Below, piece after piece: positions 30,997-39,397 of a DNA stretch of 41,263 bases. The position numbers and the translations under genes were made by a program. The notes beneath the pieces are model-generated. The model saw only the letters and a program-made list of their open reading frames with translations, did no database searches and was not told the origin of the DNA. The stretch's first letter is position 1, and the number at the start of each line of letters is the position of its first letter. The DNA comes from a bacterium (GTDB lineage: Bacteria; Patescibacteriota; Patescibacteriia; UBA1558; S5-K13), in NCBI GenBank assembly GCA_029555085.1, contig JAKPTO010000013.1:1-41263 (forward strand), read 5' to 3'.

Positions 30997-31086
30997 GGAG
31001 AGTTGCCAGAGTGGTTGAATGGGACGCTCTCGAAAAGCGTTGTCTCGTTTACGGGACCGGGAGTTCGAATCTCTCACTCTCCGCCA
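30997..31086 (+). tRNA. tRNA-Ser(CGA)
   Basis: GGAGAGT...ACTCTCC-G-CCA acceptor stem, ACGCT-CTCGAAA-AGCGT anticodon arm, variable arm GTCTCG-TTTA-CGGGAC. Confidence 0.97.
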
Positions 31087-31155
31087 AGTTTCACTTTTTG
31101 CGATAATGAAGATGGATTAAGTTTATTTAAATATTTTTAATTAATTTAAAAACAC

Positions 31156-32406
31156 ATGGTAAACAAACAAACAAGAAATATACTTCTACTCCTTTGCGCA
31201 ATCCTAATAATTGCAATCGGAGTGTATGCAGGAGCAAAGTATATATGTCATACATATTGTAATGACAATAGTTCCTCTGATATGGTTTCCAATAAAAAAG
31301 TTAAGCCCAAAGGAATGATGTTGTTAATAGAATTTAACAATACTGATGGTTTAGCAAATATGGTAAGTGATATGAGAGATAGAAACATAAAGGGTTTGTT
31401 GATGGTAAATGCAGATTTCATTAAGAAACATGCTGATGAACTCAAAGAAATACTGAAAACAGGAGTTGTCGAACTCTGTCCATCATATGACCCAGAACCT
31501 TTCTGGGGAATGTCATATGACAAACAGTATAATATAATTAAGGAGATGTTAGAGAATTCAAAAAAGTATCTAGGTGTTACACCAAGAGTAATTAGTTCTA
31601 GATACATGGCGTCTGACGAGACAACCATAAAAGTAGCTGATGAGCTAGGAATTGAATATATTACAGCAAGAGGTACTACAGAATTAAGAACAACTATCTA
31701 TAAGCCAGAAGAATACAATACAAAAATTATCTCTGTTTCAAATATAGATATTCCTGAATTCAAATACGGAAGTTTCTGTGACTACAGCTTCTATGAAAGA
31801 GCTGGAGAACCTAAGGACATGGAGGATCAGTTTAAGAGAGCAATTCAAAACGAGAAGATTATGGCTGTATCACATACATATATTGGAGGATACAAGGAAA
31901 GATGGAATGAGATGTGGCATAGATTGTGGGATAATTATAATGTTGAGTGGGTTGGTTTAGATACACTTGGAACAATAGATAAGACTATGCCAATGTGGCA
32001 GATTCCTGTGAACAAGAATGCTCCGTATACTCCGGAGAAAATTAGACCAAAGTTAGAGTTCCAAGACGAGGCTAATGTTATTAATCCATGCAAGGTAGAA
32101 GATCTTAATGAGGGTACATCATATGTTCCAAAGAAAAAGGACAGAGTTGTAATATTCCATAATGGAAGTGGGAATATGTGTTTAGACTTATTAGCTTACC
32201 TTAGGGAAAACAATATTGAATATGAGGAACACAAGACAACAGATACTGATTTTGTCTCTCAATTAAATTCCTATAAGAAAGGAAAGAGTGAGGGTGTTTC
32301 AGATTCATACGGATATTATCCAATAATCTTTATTGGCGACAGAGCATTTTCAGGATTTAATGAAAACATCAAGAATGAGATAAACGGATTGGTTGGGATC
32401 AAATAG
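31156..32406 (+). CDS. Membrane-anchored polysaccharide-deacetylase-like protein with C-terminal glutaredoxin-like domain
   Basis: N-terminal hydrophobic anchor; NodB-like topology (MLLIEF; IKGLLMV; SYDKQYNIIKEML...LGVTP; TIKVADELGIEY); tail VVIFHNGSGNMC...YPIIFIGDRAFSGFNE. Confidence 0.65.
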   Translation: MVNKQTRNILLLLCAILIIAIGVYAGAKYICHTYCNDNSSSDMVSNKKVKPKGMMLLIEFNNTDGLANMVSDMRDRNIKGLLMVNADFIKKHADELKEILKTGVVELCPSYDPEPFWGMSYDKQYNIIKEMLENSKKYLGVTPRVISSRYMASDETTIKVADELGIEYITARGTTELRTTIYKPEEYNTKIISVSNIDIPEFKYGSFCDYSFYERAGEPKDMEDQFKRAIQNEKIMAVSHTYIGGYKERWNEMWHRLWDNYNVEWVGLDTLGTIDKTMPMWQIPVNKNAPYTPEKIRPKLEFQDEANVINPCKVEDLNEGTSYVPKKKDRVVIFHNGSGNMCLDLLAYLRENNIEYEEHKTTDTDFVSQLNSYKKGKSEGVSDSYGYYPIIFIGDRAFSGFNENIKNEINGLVGIK

Positions 32407-32411
32407 AAAAA

Positions 32412-32470
32412 TGGTTACGATGGTTGGATTCGAATCAACGACCTTTAAGTTATGAATCTAACGAACTTCC
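32412..32470 (-). pseudogene. Decayed tRNA-Met(CAT), initiator-like, missing its 5' end
   Basis: Minus strand reads GGAAGTTCGTTAGATTCATAACTTAAAGGTCGTTGATTCGAATCCAACCATCGTAACCA. It has a CAT anticodon loop, T-loop and ACCA end, but A-C mismatches in the anticodon and T stems and no 5' acceptor strand. Confidence 0.75.
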
Positions 32471-32480
32471 ATTCTACTCT

Positions 32481-32791
32481 GTTTAATATTTTTACAACCA
32501 TTCATCTTTAAAACACTAAGTCCCATAGCTTTCAATGTTGATATTATCTTTGGAGACATTCTAACCTTGCTCTTGTCTTCTTGGAGGGAACTATCTAGTA
32601 CTTTATTATAACTATTCTTTATCTTCTGATGACTACGAATGATTGCGTGCTTCGCGCACAATCATTCAGAGCTTTGTTCATTCCCATTGTGTCTATTCTC
32701 TGTAGTTACATGCATATTAATATCTCTGTATGAATTAGTATTAGAAATTGTTGCAATTATGCATAGTATTAGTATGTGCGGAAGGTCGTAC
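32481..32791 (-). pseudogene. Internally deleted ISAs1-family transposase remnant
   Basis: One frame reads YDLPHILILCIIATISNTNSYRDI (N-terminal H-repeat-associated motif), TTENRHNG, a stop, then IIRSHQKIKNSYNKVLDSSLQEDKSKVR (IRxHWxIEN..H.VLD..F.ED motif, degenerate). Confidence 0.8.
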
Positions 32792-32836
32792 TGTCTCGTT
32801 TACGGGACTGGGAGTTCGAATCTCTCACTCTCCGCC
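32792..32836 (+). repeat. Duplicate 3' half of tRNA-Ser (attR-like)
   Basis: TGTCTCGTTTACGGGACTGGGAGTTCGAATCTCTCACTCTCCGCC has one mismatch to 31041-31085. Confidence 0.95.
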
Positions 32837-32907
32837 TATAGAATTGAAATATTTAAGAAAATTGTCTAGGGGTTAAATATAGACATTGATGATTTAATCG
32901 AATAAAT

Positions 32908-34083
32908 ATGAAAAATTTTGAAAAAATTGAATGTAATCAAAAACAGGAAACACCAGTTTTTCGTTTTGAAGATTTTAGGGGTAGAAATTTATCTGATCAA
33001 AATTTTTCAAATATTCCTGCTGATGTTTTAAGAACAGTAGAATTTGATACTGAAACAGTTTGGCCAGAAAAGGAAAAATTGCCACAAGATTTTAATCCAG
33101 AAAAATTTTTAGAGGAAAGTAAAAATCCTGGACTTGGAATTAGAGAATTGCATGAGCAGGGGATAACTGGTCAAGGAATTGTCGTTGCAATTATTGATCA
33201 AAGATTAGATATAAATCATCCAGAGTATAAAAATTCGGTTTCAAGTTATCATGAATATGGAGAGACCGAAAAAGAAGGGATAAGTATGCATGGCCCAGCC
33301 GTAGCGAGTTTACTTGTTGGAAAAGATTGCGGTGTATCACCTGGGGCAAAATTAGTTTATAAAGCCGTTCCATCTGGCAGAGAGTTTCTTTTAAGGGCAG
33401 AGGCATTGATGGACATTGTTGAGGAAAATAAAATTTTACCTGCAAACGAGAAAGTCAAAATCGTCAGTTGTTCAATTGGCTATGTAAAGGAAAAACCAGA
33501 GCCGGGTCTTGATGAATGGCTTGAAGCATTAAAGATCGCCAAAGAAGCTGGAATTTTTGTAGTGGATGTGGGCGGTGATCAAATTGATATTCCGTTTAGT
33601 GGTGGTGGAAGCCCTGAAGATAAAGACAATTTTGAAAATTATTTTCCTTGGTTGTCTCAAAACAACAACAACGAAGAACTAGATAAGCTTGTCGCTGAAG
33701 GAAATATTGATGGGGTATTAAAAAAACTAAGAGAAACCAGAAAAGACGAGTTATCAAGTATTTCCGATTTAGAATTACGAAAAAAGATCGAAACTCGTTT
33801 AGAAGAAAAGAGAAGTGAAATAATTGTTCCATCTGATTATCGCACCATGGCGTCTTCGTGGAGAAAAGAGGGGCAATATATGTACAACGGAAAAGGTGGA
33901 ATTAGTTGGTCTGTTCCTTATCTCGCTGGACTTTTTGCTTTAGCTTTACAAGTAAATCCAAATCTTCAAAGAGGGGAAATAGCAGAAATTGTAAAAGAGA
34001 GCACAGTAGTAAATAAAAAAGGTTTGAGGATTGTAAATCCAAAAGGTATTATTGATTTAGCAAGAGAAAGAATTAGAATTTAG
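32908..34083 (+). CDS. S8 (subtilisin-like) serine peptidase
   Basis: GITGQGIVVAIID (Asp), SMHGPAVASLLVG (His), GGISWSVPYLAGLFALALQVNP (Ser); no signal peptide. Confidence 0.9.
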   Translation: MKNFEKIECNQKQETPVFRFEDFRGRNLSDQNFSNIPADVLRTVEFDTETVWPEKEKLPQDFNPEKFLEESKNPGLGIRELHEQGITGQGIVVAIIDQRLDINHPEYKNSVSSYHEYGETEKEGISMHGPAVASLLVGKDCGVSPGAKLVYKAVPSGREFLLRAEALMDIVEENKILPANEKVKIVSCSIGYVKEKPEPGLDEWLEALKIAKEAGIFVVDVGGDQIDIPFSGGGSPEDKDNFENYFPWLSQNNNNEELDKLVAEGNIDGVLKKLRETRKDELSSISDLELRKKIETRLEEKRSEIIVPSDYRTMASSWRKEGQYMYNGKGGISWSVPYLAGLFALALQVNPNLQRGEIAEIVKESTVVNKKGLRIVNPKGIIDLARERIRI

Positions 34084-34465
34084 TTGTAGACGAGGAATAT
34101 TTTGAATTCACCCGGAATTTCTCTGTATTTTTACATAGAGCACCTTTGTGAGTGGGAAGAAAGTATAGGTAAGGTAATTCTACTTCTCCAGAAAAATAGT
34201 TTGCTCCACCGAGTCCGCATTAGTATTTTTAATTATTTGGATTTTACTCGAAATAGTTTCGAGCTTCGTCCAAAAAACATTGCTACGACAATTTTTTGTA
34301 GCGCAGATTTGTATATCCCACTATTGATAGAATTTTTGTTAAATTTTAACAGTATTCTTAATCAACTATACATTGGATATGTTAAAATTAATATGTTTAC
34401 CATTGTATTTTGGTCTAAAATATAGTAATATAATAGTATCGTATTAATTATTTAACTATAAAATT

Positions 34466-35911
34466 ATGGGTAAGTTTGAATGGGCGGATAATTTTCAAAA
34501 AAAGCAAGGGTCTGACAAGGGCAAATCTGGTAAATCATACGTTGGCGTTAAAATAAATCCAGACGGCACTTATGATTATAGTCATGCACTAGAAATAAGA
34601 GGCGTAGAATCTAATAAGGTTTTAAACGAATATGTAGAAGAAAAACAGAGTAAATTCGAAAAACAATTACAATCCTCGGGAGCCTTAGAGCAGGGAAATG
34701 CTAGAGCAGTTTGGTATTCTATGCAAGAAAATATAAAAAGAAATAAAGAGATTCTAAATAAGGCCAAAGAATCTGGAAAATCAGATACACGTTTAGAAAA
34801 AAGAATAGAAGAACATGAAATGCAACAAAAAATCTTTGAGGACATCATTAATAGATTTGCCCAAGATTTAATTGTAAAAAGTATTGATACGAATGAGAGC
34901 TTTACATCTGAAAAAGCAGAAGAAATTGCGAATAATATTACTGCCGATGAAATGCTGGGTATAGTACGCACATATGTAGAGGTTTATGATAAAAAAGTAC
35001 TTGAATATAAAAATGGTAATAAAAATAATATTGGTAGCGATGATAAAGAGTATGAAAAACTTAAAACCATGCTTCGAGCAGCAAATAATTTAGAAAGTCA
35101 ATTACTGAACGAATCTTTAAGAATTGAAGATTTTGATGAGAGACTTGATAGAATAGAGGAAAAAACTAATAAAAATGAACAATTATCTATTAATGAAATT
35201 CGTTTACTATACGATTTAGACCGAAGATATCAACTATATCCAAAAGACCCAGCTAGATATGATCAAAAAGAAGACACAGTTATTGCAAATAGAAAATGGA
35301 GAATCGGAAATATTATTGAAGACAGAAATCCCATAGTTGATTTATCTAGAATAACTGGCTATAAAGAAGAACAGATTAGTTCAACTGTTCTTGCTTGTAG
35401 GGCCCTTAATTATCAAGATAAAAATGTTGGCGCTGATGGAGTTCAAATTCATTGTGGAGACATATATCGGGGTTTTGATTTACCCCAGAAAAAAGTAATT
35501 GGAAATATCAGATTAGATGACTATATACTATCTAGAGAAGAAATAAATTTTCCAGAAGAAGAAGTAACAGGTACGCTTCAGTTGAAGGCAGGGATTATAG
35601 AAGGTTCAATAAAATTTCCTAAAAAAGTAGGTGCGCTTTTTATAGATAACATAGAAACATCCGAACAGTTAATTATTTTACCAGAAGAAGTTCGTTCATC
35701 GCTATTCCTTTCCAATCTCAAATTTGCAAAAAATATAAAATTTCCTAAAAAAGTTGGTGGTAATATTTTTCTCGGGAGTCTTACCTCAGTAGATGGTCTA
35801 GAATTACCAGAAAAAGTTGGTGGTATAGTCGAACTTCCTAGTCTTCCGGACGATGAAAAAGAACAATTGAAACTAAAATATCCCAATCTAAAATTTGAAT
35901 TGCCTGAATAA
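34466..35911 (+). CDS. Hypothetical protein with helical N-terminus and C-terminal LRR-like repeats of about 22 aa
   Basis: Repeats FPEEEVTGTLQL / FPKKVGALFI / LPEEVRSSLFLSNL / FPKKVGGNIFLGSL / LPEKVGGIVELPSL. Confidence 0.75.
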   Translation: MGKFEWADNFQKKQGSDKGKSGKSYVGVKINPDGTYDYSHALEIRGVESNKVLNEYVEEKQSKFEKQLQSSGALEQGNARAVWYSMQENIKRNKEILNKAKESGKSDTRLEKRIEEHEMQQKIFEDIINRFAQDLIVKSIDTNESFTSEKAEEIANNITADEMLGIVRTYVEVYDKKVLEYKNGNKNNIGSDDKEYEKLKTMLRAANNLESQLLNESLRIEDFDERLDRIEEKTNKNEQLSINEIRLLYDLDRRYQLYPKDPARYDQKEDTVIANRKWRIGNIIEDRNPIVDLSRITGYKEEQISSTVLACRALNYQDKNVGADGVQIHCGDIYRGFDLPQKKVIGNIRLDDYILSREEINFPEEEVTGTLQLKAGIIEGSIKFPKKVGALFIDNIETSEQLIILPEEVRSSLFLSNLKFAKNIKFPKKVGGNIFLGSLTSVDGLELPEKVGGIVELPSLPDDEKEQLKLKYPNLKFELPE

Positions 35912-36131
35912 AATTAAATAAAAGATGCTAAAATATTTTTGTGGCATTTACTATTGTGGGTATCTAACTAGATTTGTTTACTAAAATTTAACTACATAAT
36001 TAATTTATAGTTATATAATTGTATACAATTTGAAGATTTTGATTACAAGTATTGAATATTTGAAAGAAATGAATAAACTCCCCAAAGATTAAAAATCGTA
36101 ATAATTTAATTTTTTATATAAAAACAAAAAT

Positions 36132-36371
36132 ATGAAAATAGATAAAGCAAAAAATATTTTATTAATTATTTGTTTATTGATCGTTTTGATTGTCCCAATA
36201 TTTAGTTTTGTGATTGCATTTTATGTGTCCTTGTTTTTTATAATTACTGGCGGAGTATATATAATGAGTAAAAAACATTTAACTTTAAAAAATGATAGAA
36301 CAATTTTACTTGTTCTATTTTCTCTTCTTATTGCAATAATTACATCTTTTTTTGTAAGATTTTTTTATTAA
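36132..36371 (+). CDS. Small hypothetical membrane protein
   Basis: 79 aa with 2-3 hydrophobic helices; A-rich leader like the native genes. Confidence 0.55.
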   Translation: MKIDKAKNILLIICLLIVLIVPIFSFVIAFYVSLFFIITGGVYIMSKKHLTLKNDRTILLVLFSLLIAIITSFFVRFFY

Positions 36372-36601
36372 TCAAAATCTTTTATTGCTATAAGTAATTG
36401 ATTTAAATACTTTTCATCGACTTCGCTTATTTTAAACTCATCTCGTAGCTGTTTTATAACAAGTTTGAATTCATCGTATGTTAATTTATTATCCATGAGA
36501 TGTTTTTTTATTTCCGATAAAACAATATTTTTTTGTTTATAATCCAAGTATTTTATTTTATTTATCTGTTTTTCAATGTCTTTGTACTTATAAAATTTCA
36601 T
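36368..36601 (-). CDS. Small hypothetical helical protein
   Basis: 77-aa ORF with natural charged composition; its stop overlaps that of the convergent neighbour. Confidence 0.65.
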   Translation of the reverse strand: MKFYKYKDIEKQINKIKYLDYKQKNIVLSEIKKHLMDNKLTYDEFKLVIKQLRDEFKISEVDEKYLNQLLIAIKDFD

Positions 36602-36841
36602 AGGCTTGTATTATTTATGTACATTTTTGTATGGAATATTGTATTGCAAAATTTAAAGATATAAAAATGTACAAATTTAATTATTATCTATATATATAAT
36701 ATATTTATTTTTTGATTTTGTGAATATGCGAATAGATAGTAAGAAAGGCGGAAATTCTGCTTTATGTTTATATAAGTAATTTTTTGGTTAAGCGATAATT
36801 AGTATTTTTTTGATTTTTTAATTATAATTGCTACATGGCTT

Positions 36842-38854
36842 ATGAAAAAAATTGACTTTAAAAAACAATTAAATGACGAACAATATCGTGTTGTTTCTTC
36901 CGGACAAGGGACTAAGTTAGTTTTAGCTGGAGCTGGAAGCGGAAAAACCAGAACTCTTGTTTATAGAGTTGCGTGGCTTGTTAGTAATGGCGAGAAAGCA
37001 GAAGAAATATTGTTATTAACATTTACAAATAAAGCAGCAAATGAAATGCTTGAACGTGTAAATCAATTAATATTTGACGATAAAAATAAAAAGCTACATG
37101 TTTGGGGCGGAACATTTCATGCCACAGCGAATAGATTATTAAAAATGTATGGAGATAGTATTGGAATTCCAAAAGATTTTACAATAATGGATTCAGATGA
37201 TTCAAAGTCGCTCATAAATCATATTTTAAAAGACAACTTTTTAAATTTACCAAAAAAACAAAAACCATCCGTGGGTCTTGTTCGGGAGGCAATTTCATTT
37301 TCAAAAAATTCTGGAATTGAGTTAAGTGATGCTCTGGAAATAAAATTTCCACAGTGGCGGAAATTTTTAATTGAGTTTGAAAATATAGAAATTGAATATA
37401 GAAAACAAAAAAAAGAATCAAAATTTTTAGATTTCGATGATTTACTTTTTTATTTTTTAGAACTTGTGAGAAATAAAAAAACAGGAACCATACTAAAAGA
37501 AAAATGGAAACACGTTTTAATAGACGAGTATCAGGATACTAATTATTTACAGGCTGAAATTATAAAAGAATTATGTCTTAAAAAAAATAATATTTTAGCA
37601 GTCGGTGATGACGCGCAAAGTATTTATTCCTTTCGTGCCGCGGATATAAATAATATAATTGAGTTTCCGAAAATATTTAAAAATTGTGAAATTTATAAAT
37701 TAGAGAAAAATTATAGATCAAGTCCTGAAATTTTAAATTTAGCAAATCGTGTGATAAGTGAAAATCAAAATCAGTTTAGTAAAAATTTAAAAGCAGTTTT
37801 AGGTCCACACATAAAACCATATTTAATAGCACTAAATGACAATAGAGAAGAAGCGCGGTTTATAGTTGATAAAATAAGGGATTTTTTACGTGATGGTAAG
37901 AAGCCGAATGACATCGCAGTTTTATTTCGCGCAGGAAGTCATGCGCAGACACTTGAAATGGAATTAAATAAAGCAGGAATTCCCTATGAAATGAGAGGTG
38001 GGCTTAGATTTTTTGAACGATCACATATAAAGGATGTAATTGCATTTTTGAAAATATTAAATCATTTAAATGATTATGTGTCGTTGTTTAGAGTTTTAAA
38101 TTTTTATGATGGAATAGGAGAAGTCACTGTAAAAAATATATTTGAACAAATTAAAAAAGTTAAAAATATAGAAGAATTAATTAATGAAGAAATAAAAATT
38201 CCAAACAAAGCCAGGGATGGATGGAAACATTTTACAATGTTTTTGAAAAAAATATTAAAATATAAAAATGAAAATCCGGGAAAATTAATTAATATTATAG
38301 TCGAAGAATATTATTTTTATTTGTCCTTAAAATATGAAGATTTTAAAGAAAGACACGAAGATTTAATTCAATTATCATATTTTGCGGGCAGTTTTACAGA
38401 TTTAAAACACTTTCTAGACGAAACAGCATTACAGGAAAGCTTTAATTTAAATAAAAATATTGATAAGCGTGATTGCATAATATTAAGCACTATTCATCAA
38501 GCAAAGGGATTGGAGTGGGAGGTGGTGTTTTTAATAAACTTAACAAGCGATTCTTTGCCACATCCATTGTGTGTGTCGCAAGCTGAGATAGAAGAAGAGC
38601 GAAGATTGTTTTATGTTGCAATTACACGCGCGAAGAAATACTTATATATGACTTATCCGCTTTATTTGTTTAAATATGGAGAATTAAAAAATACAGAAAT
38701 TTCAGAATTTATAAAAGGAATTGATGAAAAATTATTGAATTTTAACGAAGAATCGTATTTAAATATTTTATCAGGCGATGATATAACTTATGAGCCAGAT
38801 GACGCAATTTACTACAAGAAAAAATCATACTTACCAGAAATAGAAGATTTATAG
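36842..38854 (+). CDS. pcrA: UvrD/PcrA-family ATP-dependent DNA helicase
   Basis: LAGAGSGKT, LTFTNKAA, GTFHA, IDEYQDTN, VGDDAQSIYSFRAA, NYRS, STIHQAKGLEW, EERRLFYVAITRAK. Confidence 0.93.
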   Translation: MKKIDFKKQLNDEQYRVVSSGQGTKLVLAGAGSGKTRTLVYRVAWLVSNGEKAEEILLLTFTNKAANEMLERVNQLIFDDKNKKLHVWGGTFHATANRLLKMYGDSIGIPKDFTIMDSDDSKSLINHILKDNFLNLPKKQKPSVGLVREAISFSKNSGIELSDALEIKFPQWRKFLIEFENIEIEYRKQKKESKFLDFDDLLFYFLELVRNKKTGTILKEKWKHVLIDEYQDTNYLQAEIIKELCLKKNNILAVGDDAQSIYSFRAADINNIIEFPKIFKNCEIYKLEKNYRSSPEILNLANRVISENQNQFSKNLKAVLGPHIKPYLIALNDNREEARFIVDKIRDFLRDGKKPNDIAVLFRAGSHAQTLEMELNKAGIPYEMRGGLRFFERSHIKDVIAFLKILNHLNDYVSLFRVLNFYDGIGEVTVKNIFEQIKKVKNIEELINEEIKIPNKARDGWKHFTMFLKKILKYKNENPGKLINIIVEEYYFYLSLKYEDFKERHEDLIQLSYFAGSFTDLKHFLDETALQESFNLNKNIDKRDCIILSTIHQAKGLEWEVVFLINLTSDSLPHPLCVSQAEIEEERRLFYVAITRAKKYLYMTYPLYLFKYGELKNTEISEFIKGIDEKLLNFNEESYLNILSGDDITYEPDDAIYYKKKSYLPEIEDL

Positions 38855-38861
38855 AGATTTT

Positions 38862-39182
38862 TTATTCATTAAATATATGATGCAAGAGAATTATTATATT
38901 TGAATTTATTTTTTTTATTTTTTTATTTTTTCAGGATTGTTTATTTGATTCCCTTGTCTAGTATTAGAGGGTCCTATTTTGCAATTTTAGTAATTTGATT
39001 ATCTGGAATGCTCATTGGTAAAAAATAGTTTGCTGTTTTTGAATAAGTATTTTTTGCTGTTTGTGCTCTGGGGCTATATTTGCATATATTAAAATTCCAA
39101 AAAATAACAATAAAAAAAACACAAAGTAATATTTTTTTATTGCTAGACGCGGTGTTTTATAATTGTATAAAAAATCCCTCAT
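38862..39182 (-). pseudogene. Frameshifted remnant of a secreted putative glycoside hydrolase (GHL15-like N-terminus)
   Basis: Three frames join as MRDFLYNYK...FVFFLLLFFGILIYA / NTYSKTANYFLPMSIPDNQITKIAK*DPLILD / NQINNPEKIKKIKKINSNIIIL. The TAG at 38974-38976 lies where a Trp (AKWD) is expected. Family recognised from memory. Confidence 0.6.
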
Positions 39183-39271
39183 AATGATTAATTTAATAGC
39201 ACATTTTATATTATTTTTTATGTTTTGTCAACCCCTAAGTGTTTCCAGAAAACATCTTTGAATAATTTCAG

Positions 39272-39324
39272 ACATATTGGACTCATAAATGGAAAATAAC
39301 TATTTGTCCAATATGTGTTGGACT
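39272..39324. promoter_or_regulatory. Interlocking inverted repeats upstream of the trxA promoter
   Basis: ACATATTGGAC (39272-39282) pairs with GTCCAATATGT (39306-39316); GTCCAA-N6-TTGGAC (39306-39323) is also a palindrome. Confidence 0.45.
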
Positions 39325-39335
39325 AATACAATTTT

Positions 39336-39364
39336 TTGACATCGTTGTAAATTCAATATATTAT
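39336..39364 (+). promoter_or_regulatory. sigma70 promoter for trxA
   Basis: TTGACA (39336-39341), 17 nt spacer, TATTAT (39359-39364). Confidence 0.65.
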
Positions 39365-39397
39365 ATAGTTATATTATTATTAAAAGTTAATAACAAA

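Larger units (their letters stand above)
31041..32836. mobile_element. tRNA-Ser-integrated micro-island (attL/attR-like direct repeats, no integrase)
   Basis: 31041-31085 is repeated at 32792-32836 (44/45 identical). Confidence 0.85.

Noticed and set aside
32639-32869. Plus-strand 76-aa ORF
   Set aside because: It is antisense to the ISAs1 remnant and runs through the tRNA-Ser repeat, so it is probably spurious.
34102-34425. Plus-strand 107-aa ORF
   Set aside because: TTG start, no recognisable motif and atypical composition; more likely decayed non-coding DNA.
39240-39254. parS-like site TGTTTCCAGAAAACA
   Set aside because: It is 15 nt rather than 16 and lacks the CACGTG core of the TGTTNCACGTGAAACA consensus.
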